Below are positions 13,698 through 25,929 of a stretch of DNA of 64,000 bases, in pieces (position 1 is the first letter of the stretch; every line of letters starts with the position of its first letter). The stretch comes from Eledone cirrhosa (Eukaryota). The notes beneath the pieces are model-generated. The model searched no databases. It saw nothing but the letters and a program-made list of their open reading frames with translations, and was not told the DNA's origin. The stretch lies in assembly GCA_964016885.1 (NCBI GenBank), contig OZ024742.1:308822001-308886000 (forward strand), given 5' to 3'. Position numbers and translations under genes: made by a program.

Positions 13698-16512
13698 TGC
13701 CCAGCCTGAGATCCTTTCTCCACCAACTACATAATCGCCTCAAATTTTTCCTCACCCCCCTCCTCCCACCCTGCTATCTCCCCTCTGCCCTTCAACTCTC
13801 CTACCTTCTCTTCGCCAAAACCCGGCACTCCAGCCACATCCATTTCCTCAGCCACTGCCTCCGCCTCCACCTTATCACACTCGGCTTCCGTCTACACTTC
13901 CCCCCTTCCCCCGCCGCTTCCCCCTCCACGCAACGTATCCTCACCCGATCCTCACGCCTCCTGATGCGCAACTCCATCCGCGCCTCCCGTTCCACCCTCC
14001 GCCAACTTGACCACCAACTGACTCCCACCCTCCTCCGCCTTAACTCCACCTGCCACCCCCTCCTCGCCCAAGCCATCCTCTCCTTCATCCAAAACCTAAA
14101 CCACAACCTCTTCTCCTTCCTCAGCTCTACCAAAGCCCGCAAGCTACACTCACTCCTCCAAACCACCCCCATCCACCACCACCCGCCCATCCCCATACGC
14201 CCACCACTCTCCACATCCCCCTCGACCCACACCCCTACCCAATCTCCACCCTCCACCTCACCCTTCACCACACCCTCCTTTCCCCCCACACACCCAAACC
14301 CCACCACTTGTTGTCACCATACCCCCTGACCTCCCCCTCTCCGCACCCGCGCTCACTCCTTAGTAAAGGCCTTCGCTTCATACCCCACACTCCGCATAGC
14401 GACGAGTTCCGCACCCGAACGGAAGTCGAGCGATTCGTGCGACGCACTAAGCTACAGGCACATTTCGGCCGAACGCCACCGGCTCCGGACGCCCCGGACT
14501 CGTTTCTCGCCCTGGGCCGACGACCATCTTCTTGGACGCCGGCCCCAGGGCAATTTAGCACCCTGGACGCCTTCGTCGATGCCAGCCGTAGCGCAGTAAA
14601 TCGTTTCGACTGCCGCCACCGTTCCAAACGGTACAATATCTCACGGGGCGAACTCCTCGCTCTCCGCTCCCTCCGTAGCCGAGATGACATCGTCATCAAA
14701 CCGGCGGACAAGGGAGGCGCCGTAGTGGTGTGGCACGCGGACCTCTACACGGCCGAAGCCCTCAGGCAGCTCTGTAACCCCCTCTTCTACCGCCCTCTAC
14801 CCTCCGATCCCACCCCTCTCTACCAACAACAAATCTCCTCCACCATCAAAGACCTTATCGCCTCCTCCCTCCCCCCCCCCCCCCCACCGCTTCCCACCTC
14901 ATCGTCCGCACCCCCCGCACCCCCACCATCTACTTCCTCCCCAAACTCCACAAACCCGACAACCCCGGCCGCCCCATCGTCTCCGCTTGCAACTGCCCCA
15001 CCGAACTCATCTCCGCCTTTCTCGACTCCATCCTCGCCCCCCTTGTCACCACCCTCCCCTCCCATATCTCCGACACCAACCACGCCCTGCGCCTTTTCGA
15101 CTCCTTCAGCTACCCACCCGGCCCACAGCCCTTCCTCTTCACCCTAGACATCAAGTCCCTTTATACCTTCATCCCCCACGCCGACGGCCTACGCGCCCTC
15201 AAACACTACCTCGACCTTCGCCCCTCCCCCATTCCCTCCACCCCACCCTCCTTCGCCTCGCCGAGCTGGTCCTCACCCTCAATTGTTTCTCCTTCTAGGG
15301 TGAGTTTTACCAACAGGTCACGGGGGTAGCCATGGGTACAAGAATGGGCCCGAACTATGCCAACCTTTTTGTTGGCCATATTGAGGCCCAAATCTTTGCC
15401 CAGTACACCGGCCCAACGCCCGAACTGTACGGTCGTTACATTGACGACTGTATCGGAGCCACGACCCTCACCCGAGAACAGCTCGACTCCTTTCTCTCCT
15501 TCTTCTGCTCCTTCCACCCCTCCCTCCACTTCACCACCTCTATCTCCACCACCCACGTCCACTTCTTAGACATCTCCGTCGCCTTCGACCCCTCCCACCA
15601 CTCCCTCGTCACCTCCGCCTTCTTCAAACCCACCGACTCCCACTCTTACCTCGACTTCACCTCTTCCCACCCCACCCACACTAAACACTCCATTCCCTAC
15701 TCCCAACTCCTCAGGATCCGCCGCCTCTGTAGCCGAGATGCTGACTTCGAGTCCCAGGCCCTTTCCCTAGTCAGCCATTTCATCCGCAGAGGTTACCCCC
15801 CCTCTCTCGTCCACACCGCTCTCACCCGCGCCCGTGCTGTCCACCGCTTCACCACCCTCACCCCACGCCACCGCACACCCACCCACCGTCTCCCCTTCCC
15901 CATCACCTACCACCCCTCCACCGCACCCCTCCACCGCACTATCCGCCGCCTCTTCCGACGCCTCCAGTCCGACCCCTCCACCTCCCACATCTTCCCAACC
16001 CCACCACTCCCCTCCTTCAAACGCGCACGCAATCTCCGCACCCTCCTCGTCCACAACTCCCTACCACCCAACCCACGCTCCGTTTCCCTCCCCCCGGTTC
16101 CTTTCCCTGTTCTAGGCGCCGCTGCAACACCTGTCCCCACATCACCAACACCACCACCTTCCAGGCTCCCAACGGCCATTCTCTCTCTGTCCGGCATGCC
16201 TTCCGCTGCACCTCCTCCAACCTAGTCTACGGACTTCGCTGAACGGAGTGCAGCGCGACTTATGTCGGACAGACGGGACGTCGCCTGGCGGACCGATTCA
16301 CTGAGCACCTCCGGGATATTCGTCTCGGTGGTAGTTCCCCCATCGCCCGCCACTTTGGTGGCCCTGGACATTCCGCACGCCATCTCACAGTCTGTGGCCT
16401 ACTCCAATGCCACGGAACACCCGCCAATCGCCTTAGAGTCGAACAAAGAACTATCTTCATCTTACAGACCCACACTCCCCCCGGCCTGAACTCCCCACCC
16501 TTATTCCTTTAG
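13698..16512 (+). pseudogene. PLE RT + GIY-YIG endonuclease ORF, frameshifted
   Basis: LSKGLRFIP, IVIKPADKGGAVVV, YFLPKLHK, GRPIVS, TLDIKSLYT, GVAMGTRMGPNYANLF, RYIDD, FKPTDSHSYL, IPYSQLLRIRRLCS; Cys linker C-x4-CxxC (Neptune signature); LVYGLR*TEC..YVGQT..RFTEH..E..PGLN; frameshifts in C runs and stops at 15296 and 16240. Confidence 0.92.
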
Positions 16513-17784
16513 CCTTCGACCGCCCCCCTCCCCCTACACTTATCCCCCACTAACACCACTAACACACCCCTCCTTTTCACCGCCCACCCCACAACTAACA
16601 ATACTAACACCTCCACTCCACCCCTCATCCGACCGCCCTTCCCCAACTAACATACTAACATCCCTCCCTTCTTCTCCTCCTCCCCCCTCCTTATTACACG
16701 CACACGTACCCACACACCCTCGTACACCACCAACTCTACACACCCTACCACCACTAACCCCCACTCACACCTGCATTCAACCCTTCCCCACCTCCCGTAT
16801 ACTAACACCCACTAACACCCCCTTCATCAAACTACACACACACCAGTACACCACACTCCCTCCATAGAACTACACACACCCTTCTCTCCCCGCTCCACCC
16901 ACACCCTCGCTCCACACTCACTCATCCCACTAACACCTCTACTAATACACACACACACCCTCCTCACTCCAACTTTCACACCTACCCATCCTCGCCCCTT
17001 TACCATTCCACCGACTGCTGCTATGCCCTCTGACCACCTCTCAGCACAAACAGACACACAGCACTCCCACTGCTTGACCACTTCCTGTTGCGCGCGCACC
17101 CCACATCTCTCCTCTTCCGACCATCTCTTCATGGAATACTCGTATGCGGAACTTGACCACCACGGAATCCACTAAACATCATAGAATTTTACCCACTTTT
17201 CAACCATCCTCTTATGGGATCACCTATATAACTCACCCACACACACACCCAAAAAATGTTTTTTCTCCACACGCCACCTACACCCACAACACGCTTAAAA
17301 CCCACACACACGTGCTTTCCACCACATATTTACACCGTCAGCCTCCTGATTCCTCTCTCCCCCCACCCCTCTATCCACACACGCACAGACACTCCGACCT
17401 ACAACCCCCCCACACACACCTCTTCCTGAACATGCAACCCAGTTCTTCCCCCAACCCTTACTTTCACATACACACACACACACGTACACCTACACACACA
17501 CACCACCTTCAGTCCTCCCCGCTCAAACACCCCGTCTCCCTCTCCCCACTCCACCCGCCACCACTCCTACACACCCCACACCCTTCCACCACCTGTTTTA
17601 CCCCCTTTTTAATTTCAGTTTATTTTGATCATGCTTTTATATTTAATTTTATTTCATTCCTTGTATTTTGATCATGCTTTATTTTTATTTTTATTTTTCA
17701 TTTCATTCGCACCGTTTCGTTTCGCTATATGTCTCTCCACCACTCCCCTACACACCCTTTGAACTCTGTTCCCACACACTTCTC

Positions 17785-17816
17785 ACCTGAGGAAGGGCTT
17801 ATGCCCGAAACGTCGT
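17785..17816 (+). ncRNA. Minimal type I hammerhead ribozyme
   Basis: CUGAGGA-aGGGC-uuau-GCCC-GAAA-C-GUC/; canonical PLE minimal form; stem I only 2 bp in this copy. Confidence 0.85.
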
Positions 17817-17929
17817 TCCCCACCACCACCCCACTCTCCAGAGCGTGAAATTAATAAACATTCGTTGTATTGCCTCTCTGTTTTGTTCCTGTTCAAATTT
17901 TTCCATTATATATATATATATATATATAT

Positions 17930-18950
17930 AACGAAGGAAATGTGGTAAGGAACCAGGTGGACCATAACGCACCAAAGTACTTCAAGACCCGGCTATACCA
18001 ACACAGACATACCTTCCGAAACCCGGCCCGGCGTCACGCCACTACACTTTCGGGCCACATATGGGACCTCAAGGACAACAACATCAACTATGATCTCACT
18101 TGGAAATTACTGTCCAGAGCCAACTCTGACACGGGAGGACGCCGTCCGTGCAATTTATGCTCGGTGGAAACTTTACAAATGCTGTTTTCGACGGACCAAC
18201 TCCTAAATAAGAAAGATGAACTGGTTACTGCATGTAAACACCGATTACGTAGGTCTTACCTCGCCCTCAAACCCCATAATGACCCGGGGGGGTAGACTAG
18301 AGCTATAACACCCCACTTGCCTATTTTGTAATGGGTAACCCCTGCTTGCCAATGGAGACGTAAGATCTTCTTTTACGTTCTTTTATCGCTTCCTCTATAT
18401 TTCCTCCTTCCCCCCATCCCTCCCTAGTCCTTCTACCCCAGTTCCTTTTCTTTGTCGTCGTCTTTTTCTCGCCCACCCGAGGTAGCCCCTCGGTCCCTTA
18501 GTAGCTTCAACACCCCCACCCTCCCTCCCTTATTCTATGATAGATTTGGCTGACTCCGCTTTTCATAGCAGAGGTGTTAGACTTCGGATACTTGCCCCCT
18601 TCTCCGACTGCTACATTTTTTCCGTGCCTTCTATATTTCTTAGTGGCATCTTTGCTTTAATTTCTCGTTTATCCAGTATTTCTTTCTTCTTTTTCCCTTT
18701 TTTTTTGGGGGGGGGGGGGTTTCTGTATTAATTTTCCGTTCTTTACTTTTACTTCGTACGATCTTTCATGTAGCTTGTATAAGACGTTTTGTTTCGTGGC
18801 GGTACTCTTAGAGTTAGCACTAGTATTTTTTTTGCGGGACCCTGAATTATATTCTCGTACTAATTTACTTTCTTGCACTGGGTGGTTGCTGGCCCTGTGA
18901 TTGGGGTAGAAACCTTTATTATTTCGTGGTAGTCTCTTTAGTTTTTTGTA
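17930..18950 (+). mobile_element. 5'-truncated Hydra-type PLE: inverted pLTR tip, GIY-YIG C-terminus and 3' UTR
   Basis: FKTRLYQHRHTF..TTLSGHIWDLK..LTWKLL..CNLCSVE..LLNKKDELVTACKHR (17980-18295); first 51 bp match 11212-11262. Confidence 0.85.
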
Positions 18951-18968
18951 TATATATATTTTTGTATA

Positions 18969-19023
<55 letters not shown>

Positions 19024-19028
19024 GTGTG

Positions 19029-19059
<31 letters not shown>

Positions 19060-19064
19060 GCGTG

Positions 19065-19227
<163 letters not shown>

Positions 19228-19250
19228 GTATATATATATATATATATATA

Positions 19251-19299
<49 letters not shown>

Positions 19300-19307
19300 G
19301 TATATAC

Positions 19308-19338
<31 letters not shown>

Positions 19339-19759
19339 TAACATATATATATATACATACATGCGAAATTCCTTCCTTGCTCACATTTCAACCAGGTTTG
19401 ATGGTCTTTATTCTCTGGTTCACGATTTCACCGAATTTAAATTCATAGAAATCTGGGACTTGTCTCTTTCTTCATCACTTTCTGTTGCTTAAACCATTTT
19501 GTTTGTTTACCCTAGCGTCCCCTTTATTCACGTGTCCCAACGACTTTTTTTTAGCCGTTGCTCGCACCAACCGGACGTATATGGTCTTTAAAGCGATGAA
19601 ATGCCTATGATGGTTGGAAGATCACTGATGAAGGACACTTTTTCATATGTAACCCATTTGCAATGCCGCAGCTCCATTATTATCATATATATATATATAT
19701 ATATATATATACATTATATATATATATATATATATACATTATATATATATATATATATA

Positions 19760-20130
19760 AGCTGCCTTACTCATACTTCTCGTCTCCTTAATCACCTCTT
19801 CTACGGCCTCTATATAAATACCCCCTCCGCCTCCGTGGTATTTTTTTAAGAGTTATAAGGGGCTTAGCTCTGTTTCTTGACCGTTGTATCACGTGACTGA
19901 CTCACCCTCCGCCGTTTGGGATTCTATCTCACATCTTATAGTCGGGTTCTTGAGGGTAGTAAAATGAGGTATCCTCTTGATAAGTCGGCAGACCTCACAA
20001 AGGCTCTATATCTCTATGATGTATTGTTTTTGATTATGCCACGAAACTACGTAGTCGAGAAATCTAGAAGCAGTTTAGGTATGATACATCTTATAACTAA
20101 TTATATCTAAATGTTTCTTCTCTCTTCATA
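19760..20130 (+). mobile_element. Probable solo pLTR fragment between (TA)n tracts
   Basis: TATA-like tatataaata at ~19811 and hammerhead 3' half GAAACUACGUAGUC/GAGA at 20043-20060; 5' core not intact. Confidence 0.5.
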
Positions 20131-20339
<209 letters not shown>

Positions 20340-20421
20340 CATAGTAAGTAAGTTGATTTTCATAATTTTCTTATTTTACGACTTTTATATATATATATAT
20401 GTATGTATATATATATACATA

Positions 20422-20530
<109 letters not shown>

Positions 20531-20595
20531 GTATATACATATATATGTATATATATGTATATATATATATGTATATATATATATGTATATATATG

Positions 20596-20660
<65 letters not shown>

Positions 20661-20696
20661 GTATATACATATATATATATATACATATATATACAT

Positions 20697-23250
20697 AGCT
20701 ACAACATCATCTCGCACATGTCCATGAGGAAACCTAATAATAGGAATAGCAACCACAAGTACACCAAAGCGGAGGGTGCCACCGGAAGTAACCATTACCA
20801 CGGAAACTACCGTAGTGCCTTAGGAAGAAACAACACACCAAACACTAAAAACAAAAATAGAAGAAGAAATAATACATTTTTCAACCCTCCTTTCAACCTA
20901 AATGTCTCCACCAACATACCTAGGGCCTTCTTCTCACTACTAGATAAAAACTTCCCTCTAGGACACAAGTACCACAACCTTTTAAACAAAAACACTATTA
21001 AAATCTCATACTCTACGACGCCTAACTTAGCATACCACATAGCTAGCAGCAATAAAAGTAAAATTAATTCTTACTTCCAACAAACGAAATCACAACAGAA
21101 TGTAAACCTTCTAAATACCTCTGTAGCAAGCGACCATAGTAACGGCAGTAACAATAGAAATAACACTAGTATAAGAAATAACACCGGGGTCGACAACCCG
21201 AATGTCCAAAATCCTATAGCTACCACCCAGACTTCTGCACTGCATCATAACCAGCGGACTAACACACAGGATAATTGTAACTGTAGAGCCAATAGAACCT
21301 GCCCTTTAGATAAAAAATGCCTAACCAAGGATATCATATACTCATGCACCGTCACAACTAGCAACTCTTCAGAAACCTATGTAGGCTCCACTTCTAACTG
21401 CTTCAAAATCAGATATAATTCGCACAGCCACTCGTTCAAAAAGCACAGTCTAGCCAACTCCACCTCACTATCTAGCTACATACACTATCTAAAAACTAAA
21501 AGTAAACCTTACACACTCAAATGGGAAGTGATAGGTAGCGCGACTTCGTACAAACCACCTAATAAATTTTGTAACCTCTGTATACTAGAGACCCACAATA
21601 TTATCTTCTCTAACCGTAACCTACTTAACAAAAAATCTGAAGTGTTTGCAACTTGCCAGCACCGCTTCAGACATTCCTTCCAAAACTTTAAGCCCAATAT
21701 ATAGCAATGTCGGACTTGAACCAAACACGACCTCTAGCATCAAACACCAGGGGCACACCTTATACCACATACCCAACACTAACTGATCTAATATAACACA
21801 AACAGCGACATCCCTCTAGAACCCTTCACAGGGCGAATACCCATTTGTACCTCTACTTTAGGTGTGACAACATTCACCCACTTGGACTGCACTACACCGC
21901 TCTATAGGTAATTTAAGCATGAATTGATTATCCTGTTGGTGTTGTGCGGAGGAAGTGCCTTCGTTGGACAGATGAAAAACGAATTAATCTAGTAACGCTG
22001 TTGAGCAGTATGACCGGTACGCTGAGTGCAGGGAATGAATGTATTGCAACTGGCGTGCGGGTTGTACATATATGGATGATTTGATGGTCAGAGTGGGGTC
22101 ATGAGGACTGCGGATTGACCTCTGGTCGGCCCTGGTGATGTTCATCTTTCGACATCCAATGTAGCAAGCGATGATCCAGAACTTACCGGAGATCATTGTG
22201 TTGAAGTGATTCTGCAATCACCGCGCCTGGTCCTTTGAGTAGACTACAACCACAGAGATCATTAATTTAGAATCCTCGCTCGTCGTCTATAATATTCATT
22301 TGTGGCACTCTACGATGGGGGTTAATTCACCATAATAATACGAACACCTTCAGCACAACTTAATAGACTACTCTATAGTTAAAACACTTTAAGCTTTAGA
22401 AGTTTTTAGAAATTGCGCATAACCATAGAAGTTAGGGTCTATTTTGAGACACATTTCAATATTTTGAGACACATTTCAATAGCTAGTAATAGAAACCTCG
22501 GAGTTACCTCCCCTCATGCATTAACTCCCCTTAGCCACACACACACTTCCGGGTAGTATTTCAATGTCGATTCTCGAAACGTAACATCCTCCTGTATTGA
22601 ACTAAAGAACATCAGACTACGATTCTCTAACTGGATTGTCAAACGCTCAATATCGAATTGTCGTGGATTATGTGAGGGGCATATAATCTGAAAAATAAAC
22701 TCCTCAGACTATGAAAATGTCGAAGTACATGAAGTCCATATCATCCCTTCGCTGTGCATTTCCAATATTTTTAATATTTTTAATGCTTGCACTATTTTTA
22801 ATGCTTATATTATTTCTCCATACACAGACTATAACAATCATATAAAGAATTTGCCACCAGATCAACCAACCTAACACTCTTGTTTACCTACTTAAGTGCT
22901 TCTACTACACGTAACTCTCTGCCACACTATATAAACAAGACGCACGTGCTTGCCACACATATAACACTTGCACTATATAACCGCTTATTTTCATGTTGTA
23001 TTTTAACCTGTATTTTTGATTTTTGATTGTATCTTTTAATATGAATGTAATCTCTAAGTGTGTACTGCCACTCTAAATGCTGTAATGAATGTTGACCCAC
23101 AATATTTGCATATGTATCTGTATGTCTCTCGGGTGAAAAGGAGGTCATATAAGTGTTCATTCAATAATAAATTGCTCCGAAGAATCCAAACCTCGGTTTG
23201 GAGGAAACAGTTGTAAGCATAAAAATGTTTTGAACAGTTCTTTGATTCTT

Positions 23251-23258
<8 letters not shown>
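20697..23258 (+). mobile_element. 5'-truncated Hydra-type PLE (linker + GIY-YIG + 3' UTR + pLTR)
   Basis: Open frame to 21704: [36 protein letters not shown] (CxCx5Cx5C), IIY..YVGST..FK.RY..H, CNLC..E..LLNKKSE..CQHR; hammerhead at 23173 just before terminal (TA)n. Confidence 0.9.
23173..23219 (+). ncRNA. Hammerhead ribozyme motif with U4C change
   Basis: UGCU-CCGAAGA-aUCCAAACC-uc-GGUUUGGAg-GAAA-CAGUU-GUA/-AGCA. Confidence 0.7.
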
Positions 23259-23306
<48 letters not shown>

Positions 23307-23708
23307 ATGAGTGAAGAATAACGTGTATCGGCTGTACCATAACGCCAAACGTTAAAACTATCCTAGATAAAGAGCTCTCATAACCTGTTATCAACTTATA
23401 TATATATAAATAAGAAAACTCATCGCTAGAAGACCCTTAAAAAATGTTGTCAAAGACAGTGATGGGCAAAAATGGCTGAGAAGACAGAGGCCAGCGGCCA
23501 GTGGTCAACAGAGAGACTATCTACAAGATGGGTGGTAGGCAATTGAAACATAGAAAAGATTGAAAGAAGAGGTTGACAAGGAGAATTGTGTTGACACATA
23601 GAAGTGACCGGAAGAAGGAAATAAAGAAAGACGATGTACACAAGACCCGGTGGAATCTGTGTTTGAGGACTGAGCCCCCACGACCCCCCACCCCAAGAGT
23701 AAGTGGGC

Positions 23709-23910
23709 GAAGAAGAAGAAGAAGAAGAAGAAGAAGAAGAAGAAGAAGAAGAAGAAGAAGAAGAAGAAGAAGAAGAAGAAGAAGAAGAAGAAGAAGAAGA
23801 AGAAGAAGAAGAAGAAGAAGAAGAAGAAGAAGAAGAAGAAGAAGAAGAAGAAGAAGAAGAAGAAGAAGAAGAAGAAGAAGAAGAAGAAGAAGAAGAAGAA
23901 GAAGAAGAAG

Positions 23911-23940
<30 letters not shown>
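23709..23940. repeat. Pure (GAA)n microsatellite, about 77 units
   Basis: Direct reading. Confidence 0.97.
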
Positions 23941-23941
<1 letters not shown>

Positions 23942-24301
23942 TAATAGTTAATATTAGATACATAATAGTTATTTCGGTAAATATATTTCTATGCTTCAAT
24001 TATTATTTTTCTATATGTTAGTAATTCATTGGCAAAACTTCCCAGACAGAATTTTATTATTTTTATTCAATAATCATGAGGGCGGTTTTTATACATTTAC
24101 TACATGAAAAGATACAAGTGTTTTTTGATTAACCGTTTCCGGAAGGTGAATCAACATATCTGGCAGTCTCTTGCAAGACTTTTCATATGTTTAAGAAATA
24201 GTTTCAGGAAGATGTTATATAAGTTACTCAGACGGTGAATTTCCCATATTGAACCAGTTACTATTTTTCATTATGAAACTTTCCATTATAAAATATTAAA
24301 A

Positions 24302-24490
24302 GGGCGGTAGAGCATCGGACAATATGCTGTGTGGCATATAGTTACGGCTCTTTATATTCTAAGTCCCGCCGAGGTTAGCTTTGCCTTTCATCCTTACGAA
24401 ATCGATAAAATAAAGCACCAGTTGGGTCAATTTAATCGACTTTCCTCTACGCCCAACATTGTTGACCTTGTCCATAAACCAGAAACCATA
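24302..24490 (+). mobile_element. SINE family A copy
   Basis: cccgccgaggttagctttgcctttcatccttacg..tcgataaaataaag. Confidence 0.8.
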
Positions 24491-25169
24491 CTCGTTCGGA
24501 CATCACTTTCACTCCATTTCCCCATATCTATCTAAAAAAATCTACCATATTTTTTTAAAACGATGATGTTGATGAAGAATATAAAGCAAACTCCAGCGCC
24601 CGTCGTTCTGGTGTGTGATTGACTATGTGGGTCTTCTACCACACATATATTTGTGGATTCTTTGCATGCTTCACTTATTATTTTCTTTTTCGTAAATCAT
24701 AGAAAAGACTGGATTTACGTTAATAATTAGTTATATATTCACAACCCTTATCTGTTAGTCAAGTGTAACGAGATTGTAAGATTATTTCATTACTTTCTAT
24801 AGGTTGTAGTTTTTAACCTTCTCTTGTAGCATAGATCAAAGAAGATTCTCGTAATACTCAGTATTTATTTTATCCGCTGCTTTATCTATCAATTCGCCAT
24901 CATTTATTTTACATTTCGTCTGATTCAGATGTTTATGTCGTCTGATTCAGAAGATCTGAAGTTGACTTAATTCTTTGAGAGCTATAATATATTGTGAAAA
25001 AATTAAAATGTAAGTACAAAAATCAAAAGATTTATTGTTACTTTTTAGTGAAGAATGGTTTCATTTATTTCACATAAGTTATTTGCCATTGTTATTCTTA
25101 TCATGCAATCCTTCTGTAAGCCACAATTTTCTACATAAATCTGAAATGTCATGATTAATATCATTACAA

Positions 25170-25357
25170 GGGCGGTGGATTGGCAGTATCGGTAGAGGGT
25201 CGGACGACATGCTTTCCAGCATAGTGGCGTCCCTTTGCCGTCTGAGTTCAAATCCCGCCGAGGTTAACTTTGCCTTTCATCCTTACGGGGTCGATAAAAT
25301 AAAGTACCAGTAATGTACTGGGTAATTGATGGCCTTGTGCCAAAAGTAGAAACAATT
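25170..25357 (+). mobile_element. SINE family A copy
   Basis: ggcggtggattggcagtatcggtagag (A box), gagttcaaatcc (B box), same body. Confidence 0.88.
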
Positions 25358-25715
25358 AGTATCATTACAATTATAACTCAGATGGGTTAGGGTCGTACTT
25401 AATCCTTTTACTACTATATGGATTTGTTTATACTAGAATATTCTTGTTACTTATAGATCATCTCGTTTGTTTGGTTCCACCGGGTATTTCTCTTCCTCTG
25501 GACAGGGTTTAAAAATACCCGTTACCATAATTGCGTTGTTTTGAAATGTCAGTATTTCTAGCTCCATTAGTGTAGTTTGTTGTGCGATTTTGCAGCCTAA
25601 GATTATTAAGTGGCCTTTAGGATTCCATAATGGATAATATATGAATATTCCGCTTTTATCATAAACATTTTACACACTCACATATACACACAACACACAT
25701 ATATACGCATACACA

Positions 25716-25824
<109 letters not shown>

Positions 25825-25929
25825 TTAATAATATACGTGATGTTTATGAAAAACATTTGGAAGATTTTTCACTATGAATTTTAAAATATATTACATTAAT
25901 GAGACTATCTCTAGAAAGAAGTACTCTTT

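Larger units (their letters stand above)
13189..17913 (+). mobile_element. Near full-length Penelope-like element, Neptune-type, with terminal direct repeat
   Basis: ~90-bp direct repeat 13189-13280 / 17822-17913; RT and GIY-YIG; hammerhead at 17785; both ends in (TA)n. Confidence 0.93.

Noticed and set aside
13801-17489. Gly/Val-rich antisense ORFs over the Neptune-type element
   Set aside because: Shadow frames caused by the C-rich sense strand
19626-19640. CUGAUGA hammerhead 5' core
   Set aside because: No matching stem II partner or GAAA downstream
23517-23999. Poly-F/R/E ORFs
   Set aside because: (GAA)n microsatellite
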